In this document: positions 1 to 10,604 of the stretch, in pieces
Numbering within the stretch: position 1 is the first letter of the stretch
Layout of the letters: each line of letters starts with the position of its first letter
Source: a virus
Taxonomy: Duplodnaviria; Heunggongvirae; Uroviricota; Caudoviricetes
IMG/VR virus record: IMGVR_UViG_2529292828_000009
Length of the DNA stretch: 64,000 nucleotides
Strand: one strand, 5' to 3'
Notes under the pieces: model-generated
Databases searched by the model: none
The model's input: only the letters and a program-made list of their open reading frames with translations
What the model was told of the DNA's origin: nothing
Position numbers and translations under genes: made by a program

Positions 1-34
1 TAGCGGGCGCACAGGTCATTTACCGTCGCGTAAT

Positions 35-445
35 TCATGCATCTGCCTCAGCCAGCGCCGCTTTGATTTGCGCACTGCTCACCGATTCCCCCAGCGCCGC
101 ACTGACGGCTTTCACTTTGGGTTCTCCCCCTGCGGTAAAGTGCTCCGGGTTTGCCTTATCCAGACCGGCAATGGTCGCACGGATACGGGCGTTCAGATCG
201 CCCACACCCAGAACGTCCAGCCACCCAGCCTCAGCGAGCGTTTCTGCTGACGATGCAGATACCACAGACAGCACGCTGTCGGCACGAATGATCGCCAGTT
301 GTTCTTCGGTGACTTCCACGGTGTTTTCGCCACGAATAAAGGCGATTCCGGCGCGGCGGTAGACCGGACGAAGGCATTTAATAATCGCCGTGCAAATGAT
401 GCGAGAAGTGTCCAGCCGTTGTGAATTAAACGAAGTGCCTGACAT
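35..445 (-). CDS. Mu-like head-region protein following the major head gene (gp35-like), 136 aa
   Basis: Position immediately downstream of T in Mu gene order; no motif recognised. Confidence 0.4.
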   Translation of the reverse strand: MSGTSFNSQRLDTSRIICTAIIKCLRPVYRRAGIAFIRGENTVEVTEEQLAIIRADSVLSVVSASSAETLAEAGWLDVLGVGDLNARIRATIAGLDKANPEHFTAGGEPKVKAVSAALGESVSSAQIKAALAEADA

Positions 446-511
446 AACACATGCTCCTCCTTTTCCTTTAAATCAGGTTAAAAGGCGGTCTGAACCGCCT
501 TTTAATGACGG

Positions 512-1429
512 TTACAGGTAGTCAGCGACAACCAGTTGCAGCTTGCCCTTCATCTCGTTGGAGACGGTGGTATTGCCATCCGCGAACAGCTCACGGTTAA
601 GCAGTTGCTCTGCGGCTTTTTCCAGCCCGACCGGTACAACGATATGCGTCGGCTTCAGGCCCAGCTTCTTACCGCCATCACCTTCAAAAGATCGCATCAG
701 TTGCCAGCCCTTCCAGAGGTTATCCAGCGTCAGATCGCCTTTTACCGCGACAGCCATCTGCCAGAAGCCGTAACCGGCAGCACGGCGGGCGCTGGCACCA
801 AACAGGAACTCGTTATCCATAAAAACGTGGTCGTCATCGATACGGGTACGTGCGACCAGTTCCGGTTTGCGGCGCTCCTGGAAAATCAGCGGTTTGACTG
901 CGCGGGAGCAGTCCAGCAGATAGAACGGCAGACCGCTGAAGCTGTCCTGCTCAACGATGTTGGAGGTATTAACCGCGCTGCCCGTGCCGTCCACATTCGG
1001 ATATACCGGATGCTCCTTGTCGAAGAAGTTCTGACCGTCATAGCACGGCTGGGTAAAGCCATCTTTCAGAAGTTTAAAAATCAGCTCATCCGGCTGAACT
1101 GCCGCAGAACGGCCCATCTCCTGAAAAATCGGCGCATAAATACCCAGATTGTCATCCTCGAAGTCATCACGGGAAATACCCACGGTGCCTTCAAACGTTT
1201 TATTGGCGATGGAGTAGCCATGCGCTTCCATTTGCTGAATGGTTCGCTTACCCACCCATTCTTTCAGGGTCGGGAATTTACCCAGCCAGCCATAGGTATT
1301 ACTGCGGGTGGAAGAGTTCACCACCATTGCAATTTTGCTGTACTGCGACGGGGCGTCTTCAAGACCGCCCTGAAAATCCTTACGCCAGGAGGTCATCAGG
1401 GCTTTAATGGATGCCGGGGGGACAATCAT
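512..1429 (-). CDS. T: Mu major head subunit T
   Basis: 305 aa; position after I; 4-nt ATGA overlap with upstream gene. Confidence 0.8.
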   Translation of the reverse strand: MIVPPASIKALMTSWRKDFQGGLEDAPSQYSKIAMVVNSSTRSNTYGWLGKFPTLKEWVGKRTIQQMEAHGYSIANKTFEGTVGISRDDFEDDNLGIYAPIFQEMGRSAAVQPDELIFKLLKDGFTQPCYDGQNFFDKEHPVYPNVDGTGSAVNTSNIVEQDSFSGLPFYLLDCSRAVKPLIFQERRKPELVARTRIDDDHVFMDNEFLFGASARRAAGYGFWQMAVAVKGDLTLDNLWKGWQLMRSFEGDGGKKLGLKPTHIVVPVGLEKAAEQLLNRELFADGNTTVSNEMKGKLQLVVADYL

Positions 1430-2511
1430 TTTTCTTGTTCCTGTTTCATTTTCAGATACTCAGCCTCTGTAATGCCGAGCGCCTTCACTGCTGCCTGTTC
1501 ATCAGCAGACAGCACCGCCACCGCCGTTTTTTCCTGCGACGGGATTTTCGCTGTGGTGGTCTGCATGGCAGATAACGCAGCGATAGGCTGTTTTTTCTCA
1601 AGCTGTGCCGACAGTGCCGCCACGCCAATCTGACCGCCAAGCTGTTCCAGATAGGTACGTTCGCTTTTGAAAATGCGGCCTTCCTGTTCCGCCTTGTCCA
1701 GAACGGCGCTCAGGCTGGCTGTGGCGCTTTGTGCAGTCGCCTGTGCCAGTTCATCACGCAGGGCGTTGTAGCTTTCCACCGGGACGTATTTCGTCAGGTC
1801 AACGGCGGCTTTCTGTGCCTTTTCCAGTTCGGCAGACAACGCCGCCACTTTTCCGGCATCTGTTTCGAGCGCATCAAGCGCACTCAGGGCCGCGCTGGCC
1901 TGTTCATCGGTGATGTCTGCATTTTCGGGGACCGTCACCCCAAGACGCGCAAGCAGCTTGCGCAGCGTTTCATTCATGGGTTTGTTCTCCTGTTGAAGGA
2001 TGTCGGGAAGGTCTGCCGCCAGTGCGGTCAGCTTTTTCATGCCGGTGGCACCGGGGTCATTGGTCAGCGCAGCAAGGCGGATTTGCAGCACCGCACCGGT
2101 GGCGGTGTCATACGGAAAAACCGCAGAGAGATAACCAAATTCGCCGTCATCGATGCGCTGCTGTGCCGCCGCCGTCCAGCGTGGGTGGATAAATAATCCT
2201 TCACCTTCACGCCACTGCATTTCATCGGCGTTAAACCAGCCAGCCGCGACGAGTTGTTCCGGGGGTAATCCTTTGTCCTTACGTAGCTGGTTATGCTCGT
2301 AATCAATCAGCACGTCCTGGTTGAGCGCGCGAACGCCTTCAACCAGACGCCCGGCAATCTCACCGTCGATGAACCACCCCTGACCACCTGTCACATCAAA
2401 CGGACGACCATCACGGGCGCTGAAATGACCGGCAGGCAATAGCTGGCACCAGCCGTCATCGTCAATGGACAGCGCACTCAGTGCGGCAATGCCAATCGCG
2501 TGTTTTTTCAT
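1426..2511 (-). CDS. I: Mu I protein (head protease / scaffold)
   Basis: 361 aa; Ala/Glu-rich coiled C-terminal half typical of scaffold; position between G and T. Confidence 0.75.
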   Translation of the reverse strand: MKKHAIGIAALSALSIDDDGWCQLLPAGHFSARDGRPFDVTGGQGWFIDGEIAGRLVEGVRALNQDVLIDYEHNQLRKDKGLPPEQLVAAGWFNADEMQWREGEGLFIHPRWTAAAQQRIDDGEFGYLSAVFPYDTATGAVLQIRLAALTNDPGATGMKKLTALAADLPDILQQENKPMNETLRKLLARLGVTVPENADITDEQASAALSALDALETDAGKVAALSAELEKAQKAAVDLTKYVPVESYNALRDELAQATAQSATASLSAVLDKAEQEGRIFKSERTYLEQLGGQIGVAALSAQLEKKQPIAALSAMQTTTAKIPSQEKTAVAVLSADEQAAVKALGITEAEYLKMKQEQEK

Positions 2512-2707
2512 GTCCTGCTGCTCATCATGGTTTGTGAGCAGTCAGTTTGCGGGAGGTGCGGGAAAATCTGGGGTTATGCTATTTGAGTACTGGAGAAAGA
2601 AAGTGGAAGGAAGATAAAACGGGATTCATACACCGTTAAATACCGGTTTAAAAATCCCGTGGCGCGTTTTAAAAAATCTGTGCGGCTGATTTTATGTCTG
2701 ATTCCGT

Positions 2708-3178
2708 TTATTTCCTCAGAGCGGCGCTGACGCGTTTTCTGATGGCATCAAAAATTTCCTGTTCCCCGGTCTTATCCAGCCCCATATAAGGACGCGCAGG
2801 AACGCCTGCCGGGCGGGGTGCCATATCGGGTGTACCGCCCCACTGATGAATGGCAGCATAAATTTTTGGCGAACCAATCAGGGCATAATCCTGTCCATAA
2901 TCAGTGGTAATGCTGCGTGCCAGATCGCCATGCAGGGTAAGGATACTGCCCGGAACAAAACCATGATCCTGACGCCATGCCTGCCACGAATCGCTCCACG
3001 CTTCCCAGCCTTTCCCTGTATCCGGGTCTGCCTGCCGTTCAAATGCCTGTTCCGTGGATGACAGCAGCGCCGCAGCCATCACACGGGGAATGACGCGGTC
3101 ACGTGTGACGGTTCCCAGTTCATCCAGCGCAAGCTGAATACGTCGCACATCCACGGCAACGTTCATATCAAGACTCAC
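2708..3178 (-). CDS. G: Mu G protein (virion morphogenesis)
   Basis: 156 aa; position between F and I. Confidence 0.7.
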   Translation of the reverse strand: MSLDMNVAVDVRRIQLALDELGTVTRDRVIPRVMAAALLSSTEQAFERQADPDTGKGWEAWSDSWQAWRQDHGFVPGSILTLHGDLARSITTDYGQDYALIGSPKIYAAIHQWGGTPDMAPRPAGVPARPYMGLDKTGEQEIFDAIRKRVSAALRK

Positions 3179-4530
3179 TTATTCACCTCCACATGCCCCT
3201 CCAGTATGTCAATCATCCCGTCAGCAATCGCGGCTTCAAGCGACTGTGCAGATACGCGGCTGATACTGACCAGCACATCCGCCCGGTCATTCTGTTTGCT
3301 GACAGCCTGCGATGTTCTGACCACAACTTTTGCCGTGCCGTCGCGGGTTGCCACAACATACAGCAACTGGTGGTTCTCCCTGTCCCACAATACCGCCTGT
3401 GGTTTTGCCATCAGCGACGGCAGACGCTGTAAATCCTCCGGTTTCAGGGCGGCATCAGCAGTGGTCGCCAGACTTTTCCCGTTCATCACAAGCAGACGGG
3501 CTGGCATATTCCCGGTGCGCTGATATACGGCCTCCGCCACGGATCCCGTCATAAAACCCAGCGCACGGACCTCATGTCCGGCCCGGCGTGATTTCGCCAG
3601 ACGTTTAAGCCAGAGGGAAAAAGCAAGCTGACGCTCCCGGCTGTTATTCAGCGTCTGAACAACCTGCTCACGCAGCTGCGCGTCACGAACTTCCACCAGT
3701 TTTCGAATCAGTGCCTGATCCGTACCAAATGCCGCCGAACCGGGGTTATATGACCAGCCCACATCTGGCGTCATTTTTACCCGACCGTTGTCAAACGTGG
3801 TTGACGATGTGCGGAAAATCTCTCCGGTGCTTTCATCCGTACCGGCATCCACTTCGCGGGTATTCATGAATGACGCACCATAACTGATCTGTAGCCCCAG
3901 TTCTTTCATGCGGGCCGCAGACACCGCCCGGACGCGACAGCGGCAGTTCCAGCCATTGGGCGGGGAATGCGTCTGCCAGAAAATGTCATCATACCGGAAA
4001 ACCATATTGTGCAGCCGCGCATGTTCCGGGCGTGTTCTGCCATCCATAACGGCAACGTACTGCCAGTACGGGTACAAATCGGCGGTATTCATCATCTGCG
4101 CATAACGTCCTGCCCCATACGCCGTACGGGTATTGACGTTATAAATGGTTGCCAGACGACGCGGACTGCCCAGCTCGATTACCTTTGCGTTTCCGTCTGC
4201 ATCCACGATGATTTGTTTTCCCCACCATCCGAGTTTTTGCAGCCGGGGGGCCAGTGTGCGGGTAAATTCCTCACGGGTGATGCCTTCACTGACAGCCCGC
4301 TCCACTTCCTCACGGATTGTGGTCAGGACATCCATCCGGGTGGCTTTGGCAACGGTAAAGGCGCGGGCGTGCGCGTCTGCCAGTTGTTCGTACCAGTTCC
4401 AGGTGATGTTGTAGCCTTTGGCGCGGAAATACGCGACAGCCTCCTTTGGCGGGAGGCGTGCGGCATACGCCAGATCAATGGTCTGCTGCGGCATCCAGAC
4501 GCCCCCATATATCGGCAACAAAAATGGCAC
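3175..4530 (-). CDS. F: Mu F protein (head morphogenesis, F-like), start uncertain
   Basis: 451 aa ORF after portal gene; ORF start overlaps portal 3-prime end, true start may be the Met at ~4494. Confidence 0.7.
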   Translation of the reverse strand: MPFLLPIYGGVWMPQQTIDLAYAARLPPKEAVAYFRAKGYNITWNWYEQLADAHARAFTVAKATRMDVLTTIREEVERAVSEGITREEFTRTLAPRLQKLGWWGKQIIVDADGNAKVIELGSPRRLATIYNVNTRTAYGAGRYAQMMNTADLYPYWQYVAVMDGRTRPEHARLHNMVFRYDDIFWQTHSPPNGWNCRCRVRAVSAARMKELGLQISYGASFMNTREVDAGTDESTGEIFRTSSTTFDNGRVKMTPDVGWSYNPGSAAFGTDQALIRKLVEVRDAQLREQVVQTLNNSRERQLAFSLWLKRLAKSRRAGHEVRALGFMTGSVAEAVYQRTGNMPARLLVMNGKSLATTADAALKPEDLQRLPSLMAKPQAVLWDRENHQLLYVVATRDGTAKVVVRTSQAVSKQNDRADVLVSISRVSAQSLEAAIADGMIDILEGHVEVNK

Positions 4531-6013
4531 GGGTCAGCATGTCGATAAGTTCTGCATCATCCATCTGCGGATATAATGAAGCGGCTTTGTTCATGGCGGC
4601 TTCCGGGCCATCTTTCAGCACAGAAAAAATGACGGGTTTCAGCAGGGGATCAACCGAACGCTGCCAGTCTTCCGGTGAAACGCCCATCCGGTCGATATCA
4701 TCCTCCTGCGGGATATCATCAGCGGATAATGCGGCTTCTTTCTGCGGACCGTTATCCATGACGACCGGTTGAGCAGTAAACACGGCTTCATCACCGACCG
4801 GCTGTGGAATATGGAGTTTTTCCTGTATCCATGAGACCGGAATACGCATTCCCGCCGCCAGTTTCGGAATGGCGTCAGACAGTGCCGTAATATCACCCGC
4901 TTCACTGGTATCAAATACAATGCCCGGCAGGCGGTTAATATCAATGGTGCTGCCACTGTTCAGTGCCAGCAGGGGATAAATCAGATCACGGTTAATACTG
5001 CGGGCAAGCTGGCCCACATCCGCGTTACGGATTTCCCGGCGAACCTCATCATGCACTTCACCCAGCGACCGCGCGCCTTTATCGCCAGCCTCTGTGGTCA
5101 GGGTGCCGCCCAGAATAGCTTTTGAAATCGCTTTTTCTGCCCAGCCAATCATCGCCATAAAAGGGTCTGACTGACCATCTGCGGCGCTCTGAAAATCCAG
5201 CGTCATCCCCATCGGAATAATGCCACCGGCACGTCGCCCGATATCCATCACGGCCTGCATCAGCGTGGCTTTCTCGCGGTTCGTTGAGCCGGTCGGATAT
5301 TTACCGACGCGCATGGGGAGTCCGTAAATTTCCAGGAACTCTGCAAAATCACGCACGGAATAGTTTTTAAAAATAAAAGGCCAGATAAGCGTGCGCACAA
5401 GACCATTGGTGCCGACATACCCGGTGCGGGATTTGGCCCGGTGCATAAACCAGCCGAACGGTTGCAGCTCCAGCCCGTGATAAGACGCATCACGCAGGCG
5501 TAATTCGTTCAGATTGTCGGGGTTCGCGCAGAACAGCGCCGGATCGCGATGATGCAGCGCCACCGGCACGCGCATTTTCCCAAGCCACCCCCATTCAATC
5601 TCCTGCATGGAATAGCCCTTGAGAATGGCATCACCGGCATCAAACAGGGCATCTTCAAACCACGCCGCATCATGCAGATATTCATTCAGTATGTCAGCGT
5701 CTTTTTTCTCCTGTGTGCTGGCATCACGTGCCGGAGCGATGCGCCATTCCAGCGCCTGAATGGCAAGGCGGCGTTTGCTCAGTTCGGAAAAAAGGTGGGT
5801 GTCCTTTTCTTCCATATCAAAGGCCAGGTCAGCCTGTGCTGTCAGATCACCGCGTTCGGCATCACGCAGCATCTGCGCGGCCCGGTTCGGCGTCACACCA
5901 CTGGAAGGATGCTCCTGCGTACGCTTCATGACCATTGCCAGCTCATCGCTGCGGGTCTGCATTTCATCGTCAAAATCAAACGGCTGCCCGGAAATATCCA
6001 GAATACGGCCCAT
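4475..6013 (-). CDS. H: Mu portal protein H (gp29)
   Basis: 512 aa; directly downstream of terminase large subunit. Confidence 0.8.
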   Translation of the reverse strand: MGRILDISGQPFDFDDEMQTRSDELAMVMKRTQEHPSSGVTPNRAAQMLRDAERGDLTAQADLAFDMEEKDTHLFSELSKRRLAIQALEWRIAPARDASTQEKKDADILNEYLHDAAWFEDALFDAGDAILKGYSMQEIEWGWLGKMRVPVALHHRDPALFCANPDNLNELRLRDASYHGLELQPFGWFMHRAKSRTGYVGTNGLVRTLIWPFIFKNYSVRDFAEFLEIYGLPMRVGKYPTGSTNREKATLMQAVMDIGRRAGGIIPMGMTLDFQSAADGQSDPFMAMIGWAEKAISKAILGGTLTTEAGDKGARSLGEVHDEVRREIRNADVGQLARSINRDLIYPLLALNSGSTIDINRLPGIVFDTSEAGDITALSDAIPKLAAGMRIPVSWIQEKLHIPQPVGDEAVFTAQPVVMDNGPQKEAALSADDIPQEDDIDRMGVSPEDWQRSVDPLLKPVIFSVLKDGPEAAMNKAASLYPQMDDAELIDMLTRAIFVADIWGRLDAAADH

Positions 6014-7668
6014 TACCAGCCCCCTCGTTCAAACTGGTGATAATCATCAAAATCATCGTTATCAACACCATCACCACGGTGGCGTGGTGGCAGCGCCTGT
6101 ATGCTGTCCTCGTCGATAACAAAACCATTCATATAAGACGCCCTGACAGCCATACAGAGCGCCACGGCAAAGTCGCCATGTCGTCGGCCTTTACCGCCTT
6201 CGTCTTTTGTGCGCCCCTTATCAATCTGCGGAATACCTTTGTCCACCTTGATGTGGAGCAGGTCATCAAGTGTGGTCTGGTGCCGGGCAATCGTGATGTT
6301 CTGCGCTTCAAACTCGCCTTTCAGTTTGGGCATCCACTCCTGATACCAGGATGCGGTCAGATTCACACAGTCGATCATCTCCGGGCCATAAATCAGACGG
6401 GCGGCTTCTGCCAGATAACCGCCGTTACCGGTGGCATCAAATGCAGCGCCGGTAAAACGGGGCAAACGGGACAGAATGAATAAAAGGATTTGTCGCTGCT
6501 GGTCATAGGTCACATTACGCAGCTCCACGCGGAAACATTCGCGTTTGCGTAAGTCAGGCGTGATGGCAAGCGGCACAAACACCGTCAGGTCGCCACGGCG
6601 TGCAAAGTCTTCGCCCAGTACGTGTTTATTGAGCGGCGACAGCGCATCGAGCAACGGGAGCAGCTCCTGTTCACACCAGTCCTGAACGATGCCGTGGCGC
6701 ATTTGTGGTGTCAGCGATTCAAAATCGTCCGGGGCTTCAAAACGCAGAATCGGGATATCCCGCGCTGGCGTCATGGCGGCTTCAATCAACACGCGTGACA
6801 GATAAGCGCCCCCGGATTTTTTGGGAATGCAGCCGTATTCCTCGTCGGCACTCTCTTTATTCGGCGCATTCCGGTACAGGCCATCACGCCAGGCTTTTTC
6901 CGCTTCCGGCGACCACGGCTGATTCGTGACGTAACAGATACGTCGGTATAACCCGTCAGCGATGGCATCATCCAGCGTGATGCGGTGAACGCTGTAATCC
7001 TTGCGCCCCTCGCGCGCATCCTGAATGTACTGATTAAACAGATTATCGACGCCGTTATGTGTCGATATGATGCGCACGCTGGCACCCCACATGTTTAGTG
7101 CAAAGGCCGCTTTCAGCAGTTCGTCCAGGGCTTCATGGAATGCCGCCTCATCAATCACCACGTCCCCCTGCAATCCACGCAGGTTAGACGGGCGGCTTGA
7201 CAGAGCCTGTATCTTAAATCCGCTGTTCGGAAAGCGGATCATGTAGGTGAGGATTTCTTCTTTTTTGTCGCTGTCCCAGAAGGTCTGCTCCCAGACGTCA
7301 GCCTTTGCCAGTTGGTTAAAGGCACGGGCAAACAGGGCACAGGCGGCGATGTATTCCAGCGCCATTTCCTGACGGGAACCCACATAAAAGACGTTGCGAC
7401 CACCGCGACGCTTCGGCTTTGCGGCCGTCATGACATTGCGGCCCGCTTCAGCCCATGTCAGACCGGTACGACGGGATTTTTCAGCGATGCAAATCTGGCT
7501 TTCATCCTCAAACCAGCGCCGCTGATAGCCCAGAAAAACCGGTTCATTGCGGGGCTGTGCTTCCCCGATATCGGTCACGATATTCACGCCGAGCAGTCCG
7601 GCTTCCTCACGCAGGTTGATTTTGCGGGGGGCATGAAGGGCTTTAAGGTTGTTTTCTCTGGTGTTCAT
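6013..7668 (-). CDS. E: Mu terminase large subunit E (gp28)
   Basis: Contains VIDEAAFHE Walker-B-like terminase ATPase motif; likely start MNTRENN at 7668 (track ORF extends to 7755). Confidence 0.8.
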   Translation of the reverse strand: MNTRENNLKALHAPRKINLREEAGLLGVNIVTDIGEAQPRNEPVFLGYQRRWFEDESQICIAEKSRRTGLTWAEAGRNVMTAAKPKRRGGRNVFYVGSRQEMALEYIAACALFARAFNQLAKADVWEQTFWDSDKKEEILTYMIRFPNSGFKIQALSSRPSNLRGLQGDVVIDEAAFHEALDELLKAAFALNMWGASVRIISTHNGVDNLFNQYIQDAREGRKDYSVHRITLDDAIADGLYRRICYVTNQPWSPEAEKAWRDGLYRNAPNKESADEEYGCIPKKSGGAYLSRVLIEAAMTPARDIPILRFEAPDDFESLTPQMRHGIVQDWCEQELLPLLDALSPLNKHVLGEDFARRGDLTVFVPLAITPDLRKRECFRVELRNVTYDQQRQILLFILSRLPRFTGAAFDATGNGGYLAEAARLIYGPEMIDCVNLTASWYQEWMPKLKGEFEAQNITIARHQTTLDDLLHIKVDKGIPQIDKGRTKDEGGKGRRHGDFAVALCMAVRASYMNGFVIDEDSIQALPPRHRGDGVDNDDFDDYHQFERGGW

Positions 7669-7675
7669 AACCCTC

Positions 7676-8266
7676 TCATGCCTTACCCAGCAGTACATCA
7701 CGGATACGCTGCTCCAGCTCTTCGCTGATGCCATCCTGCCCGCGCAGTTCTTCACTCACGGCGTTTGCCGCTTCTTCTGCGAATGCCTGGCGGATTTCTT
7801 TCTCGCGCCGGTGGCTGGACATTGCCGTGGATTCCAGACGCTGTGCCGCCAGCATGGCATTTTTCAGCAGGTCAATATCCACGTCAGATTCCGGGGTTTC
7901 GATTTGCCGCATCATGGCCTTAAAAAGCTGGCTGCGGGCCATTTCCAGAATCAGCTTTGTGGTTTCTCCCATTGGCTTGTCGCCAAGTTCTGCGGTCAGT
8001 GCTGACGTCATTTCACGCATCTGTCGCAGGTTATGGCCTACCTGCTCGACGTTCGTCGCGTAACGGTTCAGACCGGAACGGGAGAGTTTCATCTCATCCG
8101 GCAGGCCAGCGTCTTCAATCAGTACGTTAATTTCTTCCAGAATGCGGGCCTGTGGGATCGCTTTATCACGCAGCATTTCATGCAGCGTTTTACGTACGTT
8201 TTCCGGCAGTAAATCCACTTTTGAAGCCCGGCCCCGTGTTTTCCTGTCCATCACGCCTCCTGTCAT
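7676..8266 (-). CDS. Mu gp27-like protein (putative small terminase / DNA-binding)
   Basis: 196 aa, basic N-terminus; position immediately upstream of terminase large subunit. Confidence 0.55.
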   Translation of the reverse strand: MTGGVMDRKTRGRASKVDLLPENVRKTLHEMLRDKAIPQARILEEINVLIEDAGLPDEMKLSRSGLNRYATNVEQVGHNLRQMREMTSALTAELGDKPMGETTKLILEMARSQLFKAMMRQIETPESDVDIDLLKNAMLAAQRLESTAMSSHRREKEIRQAFAEEAANAVSEELRGQDGISEELEQRIRDVLLGKA

Positions 8267-8553
8267 GCACGGGGACGAGGACGCTTGACACCGGCAACGC
8301 GGGCACGACCTTCTGCCACATCCTGACCTCGGGAGGTCAGCGTTACGACATAAAAGCCGCGCAGGTTTTCCACGGTGACCAGTTGCTGCTCTGCCAGCCA
8401 GTCAATCTGGCCGCGAACCACATCGCGGGAAACGTTGTGTCCGTATGCATCCAGACAGTCCTGAAGGATGGATTCGTTTGCTTCGTTATTGCAGTCCATC
8501 AGGGAACGCAGGATGACCAGACGACGGTCTTCGGTCAGAATATCGTTAATCAT
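8263..8553 (-). CDS. Mu-like hypothetical protein (gp26-like)
   Basis: 96 aa ORF, 4-nt overlap with flanking genes. Confidence 0.45.
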   Translation of the reverse strand: MINDILTEDRRLVILRSLMDCNNEANESILQDCLDAYGHNVSRDVVRGQIDWLAEQQLVTVENLRGFYVVTLTSRGQDVAEGRARVAGVKRPRPRA

Positions 8554-8867
8554 GAATTACTCCGGTTTACTGCGTTTTCAAGCAGCAGCTCCAGTTGATG
8601 GGAAAATGACTGCACCCGCTGGGACAGCACCCGGATATCGCCGGACAGCTCTGCAATTCGCAGGCGCATTTCGTGTACATCTTCTGTGCCAGGGATGCTG
8701 GCGTAGCGGGTTTCCATTTCGGTCATCCGGTTTTCAAGACGCTCCACACGCTCAGTGCTGGCAAAACTACGACGCATTGCCCAGACGGCCCCACCGGCCA
8801 CAACAGGCAACAGGTAAGGCCATAACGCTAAAACTGAAATCAAATCCATTATTCTGCTCCACGGCAC
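8550..8867 (-). CDS. Mu-like small membrane protein
   Basis: N-terminal hydrophobic helix (ISVLALWPYLLPVVAGGAVWA) then coiled region. Confidence 0.45.
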   Translation of the reverse strand: MPWSRIMDLISVLALWPYLLPVVAGGAVWAMRRSFASTERVERLENRMTEMETRYASIPGTEDVHEMRLRIAELSGDIRVLSQRVQSFSHQLELLLENAVNRSNS

Positions 8868-9043
8868 CAGTGGCAGTAGTTCGCCATCGGCTGCTGTCTC
8901 AGCACATCAGGCCGCAGCTCACGACCGCAACCGGCACACAATACAGGCGGGTCATACGCCGCCGGGCGGGGAATATCACGGGTATCCCCCTGCCAGAGTT
9001 CAGCGAGCAGCAGCGCCACCGCCCGGTTCTGGTCTTCGTTCAT
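8849..9043 (-). CDS. Zinc-finger protein, TraR/DksA-like
   Basis: CAGCG...21 aa...CHWC four-cysteine motif in 64 aa. Confidence 0.5.
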   Translation of the reverse strand: MNEDQNRAVALLLAELWQGDTRDIPRPAAYDPPVLCAGCGRELRPDVLRQQPMANYCHWCRGAE

Positions 9044-9341
9044 AAATTTCTTTCCTTCGGGTCTCCTGTTCCCGGACTGATGCCTTGTCGCGGTTGCACT
9101 GCCCGAGCGCCATCAACAGGTCAGCATTCCAGAGAAGGGATGCTCCCCACGTCAGGGGCTGTGGCATGGGCGGAACGGGCGTTGCTTCCGTCAGTTCTGC
9201 ATCAGTTTCGGGCAGGATCACCACCGATGGCACGGGTGCGTTTTTCGAGTTCCCGCAACCTGTCAGCAGCAACGGCAGGCACAGGACGAGTGCTGCAATT
9301 GTCACCGGTAATGGCGGGTGTAATTTTTTGTTTTGCATCAT
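9000..9341 (-). CDS. o-spanin-like outer-membrane lipoprotein (Rz1-like), embedded in the i-spanin gene
   Basis: MMQNKK...LLLTGC lipobox, Pro-rich mature part; start nested inside 9202-9588 in another frame. Confidence 0.5.
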   Translation of the reverse strand: MMQNKKLHPPLPVTIAALVLCLPLLLTGCGNSKNAPVPSVVILPETDAELTEATPVPPMPQPLTWGASLLWNADLLMALGQCNRDKASVREQETRRKEIYERRPEPGGGAAAR

Positions 9342-9588
9342 GATGTTCTGTCTCATCTGCCAGCCGCGCGGCACGATTTGCGGCACGGATAGCGGAAAAT
9401 ACCTGCATCGTCTGTTCCTGACCGTGTAACAACCATTCAGCCGTGTTGCGGGCCTGTTGCTCCGTCTGTAATTCACGGCGCAGCGTCTGGTTATCGTGGC
9501 GGGTGCTGTCCAGCCTGTGCCACAACACCCCGGACAGAACGGCGGCAAACACGGCTGCCAGCAGTAAACTTTTACTGGCGAAGGTCAT
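9202..9588 (-). CDS. i-spanin-like protein (Rz-like)
   Basis: N-terminal TM helix followed by charged coiled-coil; directly downstream of endolysin. Confidence 0.5.
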   Translation of the reverse strand: MTFASKSLLLAAVFAAVLSGVLWHRLDSTRHDNQTLRRELQTEQQARNTAEWLLHGQEQTMQVFSAIRAANRAARLADETEHHDAKQKITPAITGDNCSTRPVPAVAADRLRELEKRTRAIGGDPARN

Positions 9589-10090
9589 CCGCCCCCCTGA
9601 TATTCCAGATAGCCATTTCCACTTCGCGACGGTTCATCAGTCCTTTCCATTTATGGCCTGCGGCAAACACCCAGCGGGCCATCTGGTCACGCGCTCCGGC
9701 GTAATCACCGGCATTGAGTTTTTTCAGCAGCGTTGATTTACTGAATGCGGTAACACCGGTGTTGAAAATAAACGTTGCCAGCGCCGTTTTCTGATATGGC
9801 GTCAGCGGCACCCTGACAAGACGATCGATTGCCGCATAAACCGGTTTTAAATCACTGTCGAGGAGAGCCATACACTCCGCATGGCTGTAACGGCGCATTT
9901 CGATATCCGGCCCGGTATGCCCCACACAGACCGAAAGCACACCGCCAATATCGCGGTAAGGCATATAAGCGATATTTTCCAGGTGGATCAGAGACTGACG
10001 GGTCATTTCCTGATAACCACCCACACCGCCACCGGCAATCGTTACAGCCAGCAGTGTGGCTTTCAGTTTTTTTGGTATCCCCGCCATCAT
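9572..10090 (-). CDS. lys: Mu endolysin (lysozyme)
   Basis: 172 aa, T4-lysozyme-like fold signature with N-terminal signal-anchor. Confidence 0.8.
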   Translation of the reverse strand: MMAGIPKKLKATLLAVTIAGGGVGGYQEMTRQSLIHLENIAYMPYRDIGGVLSVCVGHTGPDIEMRRYSHAECMALLDSDLKPVYAAIDRLVRVPLTPYQKTALATFIFNTGVTAFSKSTLLKKLNAGDYAGARDQMARWVFAAGHKWKGLMNRREVEMAIWNIRGADDLRQ

Positions 10091-10181
10091 GCTTCCCTGA
10101 AAAAATGCTCTGATGGCAGTCTAAAAAATCAGGTGGCAGGTGCGGGATTATGGTGACAGGAAATAACCGGCAGGATGCCGG

Positions 10182-10604
10182 TTATTTTGGGCTTTCAGGT
10201 GAGAACAGATCAGGCTGATGACGTCGTGTATGCAGCTTTCTCTGGCGGGCAATAATCTGGTAGATCTGCGGCTGGGACAGGCGGGACTGGCGACGCAGTT
10301 CTTCCATGTTACGACCATTAAACTGGCAGTAAAGCAAATCGTCGCGTAACGCGGTCAGGATCGTATCGCCGCAGGGGATGTAAAACTGCCGTCCACCCAG
10401 AAAACAGGACAGGGCAACGGCCTGTTTACGGGCAAGTTCACGGGGATTGCTGACGTTCTGGCGTTTCAGTTCGTTTTCCAGAACATCAATCAGATCAACC
10501 ACCGAACGGGGCCAGCGTGATTCCAGTTCCGGGGCCGGGATGTTATCAATATGTCCGATTAACTGGCGAATTGCCGGATCGTGTTCAAATAAATCATGCT
10601 GCAT
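10182..10604 (-). CDS. C: Mu late transcription activator C (Mor/C family)
   Basis: 140 aa, homologous in pattern to the Mor ORF at 11583-11972 (C-terminal HTH, shared LxxLxxELxR and FNGRN motifs). Confidence 0.75.
   Translation of the reverse strand: MQHDLFEHDPAIRQLIGHIDNIPAPELESRWPRSVVDLIDVLENELKRQNVSNPRELARKQAVALSCFLGGRQFYIPCGDTILTALRDDLLYCQFNGRNMEELRRQSRLSQPQIYQIIARQRKLHTRRHQPDLFSPESPK

Noticed and set aside
536-1633. 365-aa plus-strand ORF
   Set aside because: Antisense to the Mu major head (T) and I genes, which are supported by Mu gene order; a GC-rich antisense frame.
8468-9343. 291-aa plus-strand ORF
   Set aside because: Antisense to the Mu lysis-region genes (spanins, zinc-finger protein); no supporting signal.
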